From Octopus vulgaris (taxonomy: Eukaryota), in the NCBI GenBank assembly GCA_951406725.2, contig OX597822.1:36332001-36396000 (forward strand): a DNA stretch of 64,000 nucleotides. The letters are read 5' to 3'. This document shows positions 53,808 to 64,000 of this stretch, in pieces (positions within the stretch are counted from its first letter, which is position 1; each line of letters begins with the position of its first letter). A program made the translations under genes and the position numbers. Below the pieces are notes generated by a model, which was not told the DNA's origin, ran no database searches, and worked only from the letters and a program-made list of their open reading frames with translations.

Positions 53808-54122
53808 TAAATCCAAATAGCCATCCAGTTGTTTTTCTCCTTGCATGATCAGCGACTGTATGTCACTAAAAAGTTATATATTGTGAATAAGATTGAGTAG
53901 CTGCTATCTCTAGTCAGTGGTTCTCCAGTACCAAAGATGGGAAGTTACCCAGAAACCATTGGTCTACTGGTACCATGTGGCTAGAAAGGAGTAGTAAGCT
54001 CCCTTACTCACAGTATCTTAGACACAGATCATATGTCGATAACCAGCTGGAAAAGATGTTTTCCTGGGGTTAAATAGTAGTAACATAGCCCTATGTAGGA
54101 CTGCCACTTTATGTTGGCAAAT

Positions 54123-54153
<31 letters not shown>

Positions 54154-54546
54154 TAATAAATAAAATAAAACATATGCATATATATAAACATATATGTACG
54201 TACCTACCTCTACATGTACATATACACGCATATATGAGTACAGGACACCAAAAGGACGTCGAACACAATAAGAAACGAAAACATAGACACAAACCAAAGG
54301 AACTGGACATTTTTTTAAAAACAGCAAAAAAATAGTAAAAAAATAGAGTACAGGACAATTAACACAAAGAACAAACCCCTTCTTCAGTCACTAAAGGTTT
54401 CATCTACTCTACGTTTCGAAGGATAAAAGCGAGACGTATCTTCGACAAGAAAACTTTCCTTCCTGTGAAAAGCAAATCAATTAAAATTCTGAGATCTTTT
54501 CGCTGAGGGGTAAAAAATGGTAACAACAGGACAGTAATGACAGTAC

Positions 54547-54591
<45 letters not shown>

Positions 54592-54678
54592 GTATGTATA
54601 TATATGTATAAATACACACACAATCACATACATACATATCTATCAATCTATCTATCTAGCTATCTATCTATCTGTCTG

Positions 54679-54770
<92 letters not shown>

Positions 54771-55185
54771 CTAGCTAGATAGATAGATAGATATAGATAT
54801 ATATATATACACACATACATAAAGGTACAATGGCCTTTGTATTCTAAGGACATCTATCAAGACCTTGGTTGGCCCAGGGTTACAGAAGACACTTGCCCAA
54901 GGTGCTATACAGGTGTACTAAACCAAGACTCATATGACTGGGTATTGAACATGTTAATCACTCAACTGTGCTTTCTGTATGAAAAATCAATTTCCTTTTA
55001 ATATATTATTCAAGTATGTAAATAACATTAGAGAAAACAAAGCAAGATAATTCATCTTGATGCATATTTAATATAATTTATGCTATCCAAAGTAATAACA
55101 ATGCAAGCAACATGAATGACAATGGCCTGCAATCACAGATTAAAGATATGAATCAGTTGGTAGAATGCACCTTATGTTCTCTACA

Positions 55186-55762
55186 TTCACTCAGTTTGGT
55201 TGGAAAATATTCTGATAAATGTTTTCTAGAAGCAATGCTTTTTTCTATAACTATGTTGTTTTCTTTATTCAAATGTTCTAATGACTGTTTCTAAGAAGCA
55301 ATACATTTTCTTTTTTCATCCTTTTTTTCTTGTCTTGTATCAATGCTTTTTCCTTTATTCAAATATTCTGATGAATGTTTTCAAGAAGCAATGCTCTTTT
55401 CTTTGACGTTGTTCAAAATCTATTCAAATTTTTGTCAGCTTCTACATATCATTAGCATTTCTTTTTATGTTGCATTATCTAAATGAGACACTGTTTGCCA
55501 GTTGTGAAGAGGTTTTTGTCAGATGCCAAGTAGCTAGCTTGTACAGTTGCCACAAAGATACTTTTACAGAAATTTTCAGCTACAGAGTTTTGAACGTCAT
55601 TTCAGATAACAAGGAACAAAATACAGATTGTCTTTTATATGCATGAAGGTGGCTTTCAACAACGAAGAAGTTGTAATTAAAAATATTAATCATATTATAT
55701 TCACTCAGTTCAGTCGGATAATGTTCTGATAAATGTTTGCTCGAAGTAATATTTGAAATCAA
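55186..55762 (-). pseudogene. Decayed repeat-encoding sequence (four copies of an IASxKHLSEY-like unit)
   Basis: Copies at ~55186, 55268, 55358 and 55700. Three share a frame interrupted by TGA/TAG at the same codon position. Confidence 0.35.
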
Positions 55763-56271
55763 GTACTACTACAGTTTCAGGCAGTATTCTTGCCATTATA
55801 CTTTGTATGCTTAAGTGTTAACAATTATTCACATCAAACTCCTCTATCCTTCCCTCTCTAAGGACATTCAACCTTGCATATGGAAGCCAACCAACAATGT
55901 TTTCCATCTCAATACTAACAAATTTCCTGACCCTACCAGCAACCAGTCTGTAATCCTAGATTATATCTCAAAAGTTATGTTTCAAACTCTAACAGTCTAA
56001 TGTATAGGAGCTGGTGTGGCTGTGCAGTAAGAAGTTTGCTCTTTTTCCATTCCATCATCATCGTTGTATCTGTGTCCAGCTCGCACAGTTTCATCTGTAT
56101 TATACCTTTATGGCAAATGTAATGAAATAAAGAAGTTTGCTTCCAAACTACATGGTTCCAGGCTCAGTCCCACTGCATGGTACCTTGGGCAAGTGTCTTC
56201 TACTATAGCCACGGACCAACCAAAGCCTTGTGATAGATGGAATCTGAAAGAAGCTTCTTTCAGATTCCATA

Positions 56272-56977
56272 TATTGGGTCGTCCCATAGATAAGGCGGTT
56301 TTTCAATTGCACGAACTAAAAGTCAGAGGGGGATGGGATAAGCTACCTGCATCAGCTTGCCTTAAAAATAGGTAGAAATTTTACATTGTGCTTATTCTTA
56401 GTGTAATTTTTGAAGAGCACAGTTCAATTATTTTTTCAAAGCTATAATGGAAGTGACAAAAGAGCATATTCAGCATATTTTGCTTTATGAATTCAATAAA
56501 GGCCACAACACAACAGAAAGTGCGAGGAATATTAATGCAATATATGGGGATCAGACAATAAATGGAAGCCAGTGTCAACGGTGGTTCCAGAAATTCCAAG
56601 CTGGAAACTACAGCTTAGAAGATGAGCCTTGTCCTGGAAGATCAGTAGAGCTCGATGAGGACATTCTGCAAACCCTAGTGGAACAAAATTCTATCGTAAC
56701 TGTTGAGGAACTAGCAGAGAAGCTTGGATTTGGTCATTCAACCATTCACTGACACCTGTGTGCATCGGAAAAGTCAGCAAATTGAGTCGATGGGTTGCTC
56801 ACAAACTTTCAGAGTCTAATCACATGCAGAGAGGAATCTATGCTCTTCTTTGCAGTCATGTCTCACAAATGAACCTTTTTGGGGCCAAATAATGACAAGA
56901 AATAGGTTCTCTATTAAAATATCAAGTGCTAAAGACAGTGGGTAGGGAAAGGACAAACACCAGCACTCCAGGCTAAA
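56272..56977 (+). mobile_element. 3'-truncated mariner (Hsmar1/Mos1-like) transposase pseudogene
   Basis: MEVTKEHIQHILLYEFNKG..QRWFQKF.AG..SLEDEP.PGR bipartite HTH, a WVAHKL (WVPHEL-like) motif, a stop and frameshifts. Confidence 0.88.
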
Positions 56978-57049
56978 TCAATAGATAATGTAATAATACA
57001 AATACAGATTTTAAAAGTCATATTATAAATTAATGAAGTCCTAAAATTA

Positions 57050-57187
57050 CTTCTTACAACTGTTTCAGCCTATGGTCAAAAGTGAATCTACTTTTCATTG
57101 CCTATAGAAGTCAACATACTAAGGTCGTAGGCATTTAAAAAATATAATACTTATATGTTAAAAGAACCATAGGCCTCGTTAGAGGTT
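57050..57187 (-). ncRNA. Degenerate hammerhead motif with very long stem II
   Basis: CUAACGA (mutated CUGACGA)-GGCCUAUGGU...ACCAUAGGCU-GAAAC-AGUU-GUA-AGAAG. Confidence 0.55.
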
Positions 57188-57293
57188 ATAATTAACTTTA
57201 AAATATTAATAAAAATAATATTAATATACCAAATATGATGCACGTATTACTTAATATATAAAAATAAACAATAAACAAATATCCAAATATACA

Positions 57294-58083
<790 letters not shown>

Positions 58084-58376
58084 TTACATATATATACACA
58101 TACATATACACACACACACACATATATATATAGCTATGTGTTGTGTCTTTGTGTGTATAGAATAAGTACCAGGCTTTAAAAAATGTACAGGGGTTGATTC
58201 ATTCAACTGAATTTCTTCAAGGCAGTGCTCTAGCATAGCCACGGTCTAATGACTGAAACAAATAAACTATAAACAGTAAAAGATGATTATTTCGTTCCTT
58301 TCCCCAGTAACTGCTAGCGTAATTTCTGTGGAACCAGATTCACCAGAGTTTGCTCTGGACATCAGCAAAGCCTTAA

Positions 58377-58596
58377 TCCTTTAGCATTTAAAGTGGCTAT
58401 ATCCAGCCCAAATATTCTATTTGTTTTACTTTGTAACTGGCTAGATCCAACTTCTCACACCTACCCTACAATGTCATTTTAAAAATAAACAGTCATATCT
58501 TTGAAATCTTGAAGCTACGAGATAATACATGATTTATTGAAAAGAATGTGGATAAATAAGCATTATATTTGACAGAGTAATATGAATGCTGAAGGG
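58377..58596. mobile_element. piggyBac-type MITE (same family as 7887-8122)
   Basis: TTAA|tcctttagcatt...aatgctgaaggg|TTAA, colinear with 7887-8122. Confidence 0.75.
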
Positions 58597-59560
58597 TTAA
58601 GTGAGACTAGCATGAAAATCTTCTTACCAGCATGGGCTGTGAGGTTAATAAGTTCACCCCATGGTTACTTCGTCCTGAATTTGATTGCATGGCATGGTAC
58701 CTTGGGGAAATGTCTTCTACCATAAGTTTGAGCAATCTAATACCTTATAAGCAAAATTTAATAGATAAAACTGCAAAGCTGCCTGTTCAATATATCACCA
58801 TCATTATCAACATCATCATCAGCAGCAGCATTTAATGTTCGTCTTCCATCCTGGCATGGGTGGATGGTTTTACAGGAGCTGGCAAACTAGTGGGCTGTGC
58901 CAAGTTCTGCTTTCTGTTTTGGCATAGTTTCTACAACTAGATGCCCTTCTTAATATCGAAGTGAAAGCGGTTTCTTTAGCAACAAGGAAGAAATCTAATT
59001 TTATTATTTCTGACTCTTCAAAAAATGTCTGAAATCATGACCAACTAACAACAACAACACTCTCTTTGTGCCTTAGGAATCTCAAAAGGTCTTTAAAATC
59101 TGACCTATCTTCATATTCTACAAAGAACTTTGTGAAAGAGTGATCACGTTATCCTGTCTACACAAAGGTACATTTTAGAAAAGGTTAATCCTTCTTAAAT
59201 TCTTTTATCAGTACACATGATCTTTTCAGCATTGTAAAGGTAAATTCAATTTTTTGGTAATGGATCAATGTCACAGTAAAATAAAATGCATATGGAAACT
59301 TCAAAGTAAAGTGAAATATGAAATGAATATTGCAATTTATTTATTTAGTGGCATGCAAAATTGAGATGTGTCAACTCAATGACATATTTGCATAGTAAAT
59401 AACATAGCAAGAAAAATCTGTAGATCAAATTGTCTGTTCATGAAGCTATAAAAAAAATTTGTTACTTAATCCTAAAGTCTATTTTTACAAAACTGTGTGT
59501 GTACACAACAAGAAAGAGCAAATACTCATAGAAAAGAAGGTATACTTTCTTTTGATGTGC

Positions 59561-59621
<61 letters not shown>

Positions 59622-61217
59622 CGTGCGTGTGTCAAGTATCAAGGAAAAGAAGAATTTAGTTTACTTGTCAAAATTCCTCTAGCTTTTTGTGGCTAGCTAA
59701 GCTTAGTAGAGTTAGAGTAAAAGATAAAAGCCAAAAATAAAGAGTTAGAGAGATATCTTGATCAGTAGTTGGTAACATTTTGCTGTTCTTGTTTTAATAA
59801 ATTGTCTGTGGTACAAGTTGAATTGCCCAAGCCCTGTGTCTCCATTTCTCATATGGAAAACATGTCTTACATAAGGCCTGTAGCAAGTCTGCATAATTTG
59901 AATGTTCAACTTTTTTGTTTTCAAGAAAAAATTTTTATTAAACAACAATTAGTGTTTTAGCAGATTGAGTAATGACATCAGCAAAAGTCTGCCCAATGAA
60001 ATTTAGGACATGTAAACATGTCCTAAATTTTCAAGTGATGTCACCACAGATCTGTCCACTTAGATTTATTCTGGAGTATATAAAACATGACCAGATCTGA
60101 AAAGACAAAGCTTGACAGGGTGACAGTCTGGATGTTAGGAGCTTAGTGATGTGAGCAGGGAAACATAATTGCTGGCAAATTCTTGTATTTGGCAGAGTCT
60201 CCACAGTCAAAAAAGACTGTCTATACAAACACTAATAGAGTCATCCCTTTCACAGGCATATTTTTGCTTCTCTCTTAACCTACATTCCTACTCTATGAAC
60301 AGGACTTTCATATATCACTTTATTTTCTTTTCTTGGGACTGCTACATTCCACACAAATTTGTAACAGCTAAACAGATGATGAATTGAAAAATAAACAACA
60401 ATTCTAATTCATCCCATTTTCACAATTGTTAAAGGCCCAATATTTTGCATTTATTAATGTTAACAGCCAGAATTCAGAGAACTATATTGATTCTTTCAGT
60501 TCAAGAAGACTTCCTGCCATCAATAACTTTTTCTTTGTGTCATCTCTTTCTTCAGTGGGCACCTATATATACTCTTTTTCAGTTGTTGGGGCAATATGGT
60601 ATTAGAAAGGGCATCCAGCCATAAAAACTATGCCAAAATAGACAGTGGAGCTTTGTAGAGCCCTCTGGCTTGCCAGCTCATATCAAACCATCCAACCCAT
60701 GCCAGAATGGAAGAGGATGTTAGATAGTGATGATGAATTCTGAATGTTGTAGTTTTTGAGTGTGAGTGATCAGAAGGTTTTAAATCCTGGTTTGGTTCCT
60801 ACTGCAGGTATTACATGATGTATGGAAAAACTAAACAGCAGAAAATAGTAAAAAAATAAAGTTTACTAGATTTCCAAGATACCAGAACAGAATTTCAAAA
60901 TGGCTGGGAAAACAGGTTAATGTTGCTAAACTGAGATGTACAGCAATCTTGAAGGATTTTAGTCAAGTTGGGGTGGGGTGGGGAGCAAACACAGACACAA
61001 AGGCACACACACACACATACATACACATAATATATATACGACAGGCTTCTTTCAATTTCCAACTACCAAATCCACTCACAATACTTTGGTTGGCCAAAGC
61101 TATAGTAGAAGACACTTGCCCAAGGTGCCATGCGGTGGGATTGAACCTGGAACCATGTCGTTGGGAAGCAAGCTTCCTGCCACTCAGTCACACCTGTGCA
61201 TTAGAAAGAATATACAT

Positions 61218-61595
61218 ATAATTGAATAAGTTGGAATCAACAAAGAGGAGTACAGTTGGACATTTATTTGTAATCACTACAATTGTTTCCACACACCGTA
61301 GCTCTCCAGGTTTGCAGGTATTTGGTTATGCAACTGTTTCCTTGCATTATGGGATCTAGTTGTGCTTCCTCAGGCTGCGATAGACAGAAAAGACGAGCTT
61401 GAAGCTGAGAATTTGAGGTTAAGGAACCAATATTTATATCACCTGAGGAAGCACCACTAGATCTAATAATGCAGGGAAACGGTTGCGTAACCAAATATCT
61501 ACAAACCTGGAGAACTACACTGCATGGAAACAATTGTTGTGATTACAAATAAATGTCCAACTGTACTCCTTGTTGACTCCAACTTCTTCAGTTAT
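61218..61595. mobile_element. Older inverted-repeat (foldback) element, probably a Penelope-like pseudo-LTR pair
   Basis: Diverged ~155-bp arms (61218-61374, 61442-61595) with a ~67-bp spacer. The right arm has CUGAGGA...GAAACG(GUUG)CGUA but no stem I. Confidence 0.6.
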
Positions 61596-62309
61596 CCATT
61601 CACACACTACAGAAGCTCCGACGCAAATCTGGCAGTACATATATTACTACTGCTGGATAGCACTGGATGAGAGCTGAAGATGGACAAGTTTTAGATTATA
61701 CTCTACTACACTCTTAACAGAATATAACCTAACTATATACATATTATCGTGTTCTGTTTACATTCAATATATGGAACTGTGTTTGTTATTATTTTTTTAT
61801 TCTAAAAAATTTCCATTCATAATCCCCTTTATTAACTGCCGAATATTGGCCACAAATGGTTGCACTATTGTCTCGTCTTTAGTATAAGAACCACTATAAT
61901 AAGATCGCGTAGTCAATCTGATAATCCTTATTTATAATAGTTACACTAATTTTTTGAAGACTTCGCGGTTTCTTTTACTACACATTAAAACAAAAAGAAT
62001 TTTACTTGATATAACACAATACGAAACAGAAATTCAAATAACGAGGAATTGTCGCCTGCGTCATGGTTTGTTTCTGTAATGTCTATATACAATACGTCTT
62101 CACGAAACGGTTATTTTGAATGTGAAAAAAAGAATCTATTGATATTATTCAACAAATCTCTCTTTTTTTTTTAACAAAAAAGAAAAATGATAGATGGACG
62201 AAGCAAATATTGCAAGGATTTTCACAGTTAAAACTTTATTCAGCGTGTGAATCTTAATTAATATACATGCTTTAGAGAATCTGTGAACTTAGCATTGGCT
62301 TAGAACGTC

Positions 62310-63311
62310 ATGGAGGATTTCAGCATAGAAATAGCAAGGAGATATGCTCGTTTGAAAACGTGTACCGCTAAAAATCACAAATCAGTTCTTAAGCAAAGTG
62401 ATCGTTACACTAATATCTACAAGAAGAATAATTTATTTTGGAATTTCAGTAAATTATCGGTCAACTCCTTGCAGACAGATGACGGGAGCCAAACTAAACA
62501 AAATCATCCTCAGCTGGAAGGTGTGGTTGTCAATAATAGCTTATCTGATTTTTCGGAAGAAAATGTCAGTTGTTCTTACAATCTCTGTATTAACAGCACT
62601 CCAGTGGAAAATGGAAAAAATATTTGTATGGAAAATATATCTTTGTCTCCCATAGGTTTGAAAGAAGTGTCAATCAATCAACAGAATATACGATTTGCTT
62701 CTCCCGGTCTTTGCAAGCGTAACCAAATTTCATGCAATGTATCAAAGAAACAGAATAAAAAGGAGAAGTATCTTTCTAGTAGAAAAGAAATATCTGAAAA
62801 AGAAAACAAACCTTTATTGACACCAAAACAATATAACAGTCGTTCATGTCGAATACGTAAAATCGATGGTGATGATGGCAGTACTGACATTGGGAATTAT
62901 TTTAATATTCGTCGCTCTGAAGAATCTACTTCTAAAGTAACAGAACAGAAAAAAGCTATAAATGTGTCATTTGCTTCAAAATGTAAATTGAAGTCTTCTT
63001 TCAAAAATTGTAACGCGAAAGCTCTGACTCCAAGCAAATCCGTTAGATTCAATGACAAAGTAATTACTTTAACGAATTCATTAAACGACGAATTGATAAT
63101 ATCTGAAGAATCCCTTGATAGTTTCGGTAATGGCAATAGCATAGGCCGAAACAGGAATTCGAGTGGAATCTCAACAAAACTCAAAAGGGAAAACTACGAT
63201 TTTACTAGCCTGAAGAACAAAGGTAAACATAACGTGGACTTGATTGAATGCTTCGTAAATACCAAAAAGAAGAAAATGTGGAATAGGTTTGCACAGTTCT
63301 TCCATTCTTAG
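62310..63311 (+). CDS. Uncharacterised 333-aa S/N/K-rich, probably disordered protein with an RVxF-type motif (KSVRF)
   Basis: By far the longest non-repeat ORF. GTCATGG Kozak context, in-frame upstream stop, CpG-richer repeat-free upstream region (~61850-62300). No domain recognised. Confidence 0.75.
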   Translation: MEDFSIEIARRYARLKTCTAKNHKSVLKQSDRYTNIYKKNNLFWNFSKLSVNSLQTDDGSQTKQNHPQLEGVVVNNSLSDFSEENVSCSYNLCINSTPVENGKNICMENISLSPIGLKEVSINQQNIRFASPGLCKRNQISCNVSKKQNKKEKYLSSRKEISEKENKPLLTPKQYNSRSCRIRKIDGDDGSTDIGNYFNIRRSEESTSKVTEQKKAINVSFASKCKLKSSFKNCNAKALTPSKSVRFNDKVITLTNSLNDELIISEESLDSFGNGNSIGRNRNSSGISTKLKRENYDFTSLKNKGKHNVDLIECFVNTKKKKMWNRFAQFFHS

Positions 63312-63675
63312 TTTTAAACCACTTGATTATGTTTAAAGAACAAATCCACCCGCAAAAATGTAGCCTTGTAGGCAAAACGTAAGGCTCACCCAGTTAATTC
63401 CGTACTTGTTTTGAAATCTACAATTAATGAATGAATTAATTAACCAGCAGAATATTCCTTTAACGCACTTAAATCGTTAATTTTAAGCTGCCAAAAATTT
63501 GCTTTCAGCGCGAGCAAGAAAAGGGAATTATTTTCTGAAATCTTGTTAAATATAATTTCGTTGTTATAGTTTCGATTCTTGGTCACCCCTGATGGAACAG
63601 CAGACCTATAATCAATGGAGTTCGATCTTTGACCATCCCTTTTGTTGTTGGTTGTTTTTTTTATTACTTTGCCAG

Positions 63676-64000
63676 TGGATGGCAAATTTTGGAGGAAATC
63701 TGGCTATTATTTCTCACATGGCATCTTGTCCAAGACGAAATACTAGACAAAATTCGACTTAAAACACCCCACACACACACACATTTTTTAATGGCTTATT
63801 CAAAAGAGAAAGATCAGTGCCTAAGATCTTTTTGTATGGCCTCTGAAAGTGATAAAAAGGAACCAGAAAATGAAACCATAGCTTGTGGGTTTCTGCCTAT
63901 ACTTGCAACAGTGGATACTATTAAAGAAATCCATGGACAAAATAACATGGTGTTGAATCTGGCAGTCCACCACATAAGAAATTGTTTTCTCTTGTTGAGA
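63676..64000 (+). CDS. Internal coding exon of an unidentified gene, truncated by the window end
   Basis: Strong pyrimidine tract plus CAG (63673-63675), then a frame open to 64000: GWQILEEIWLLFLTWHLVQDEILDKIRLKTPHTHTHFLMAYSKEKDQCLRSFCMASESDKKEPENETIACGFLPILATVDTIKEIHGQNNMVLNLAVHHIRNCFLLLR. Absent from the ORF track because no stop is reached. Confidence 0.6.

Noticed and set aside
59077-59167. Exon-like segment with good + strand splice sites
   Set aside because: Stops in all three frames; at most non-coding.
59745-60560. Cluster of short ORFs in unique sequence
   Set aside because: Multiple stops in every frame, no recognisable motif and no consistent splice structure.
63440-63685. 81-aa minus-strand ORF
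   Set aside because: Non-ATG start close to an upstream stop, no homology recognised, and it overlaps the + strand pyrimidine tract.

Overview
AT-rich, microsatellite- and retroposon-saturated animal genomic DNA. The repeat families and density suggest an octopus/coleoid cephalopod (inference, not verified). Minus strand 17507->5102 holds five phase-compatible coding exons of a d4/DPF (requiem, BAF45) gene: a Requiem_N domain, an acidic linker and the start of the C2H2 finger; the remaining canonical exons were not found in the window. An E-box/CRE/ETS promoter lies at ~17.56-17.6 kb. From ~18 to 61 kb there is mostly repeat DNA: MetaSINE-like and other tRNA-SINEs, 5'-truncated RTE LINE tails, an R4/Dong endonuclease fragment, mariner relics, hAT/piggyBac/Tc1 MITEs and Helitron-type elements. 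The right end has a 333-aa intronless orphan ORF and a + strand coding exon that runs off the window. The most notable signal is a set of Penelope-type hammerhead-ribozyme motifs. One is intact and sits in both arms of a 155-bp inverted repeat (47154-47475); degenerate copies lie at 24.6, 57.1 and 61.4 kb. Repeat boundaries are approximate and family assignments were made by eye.
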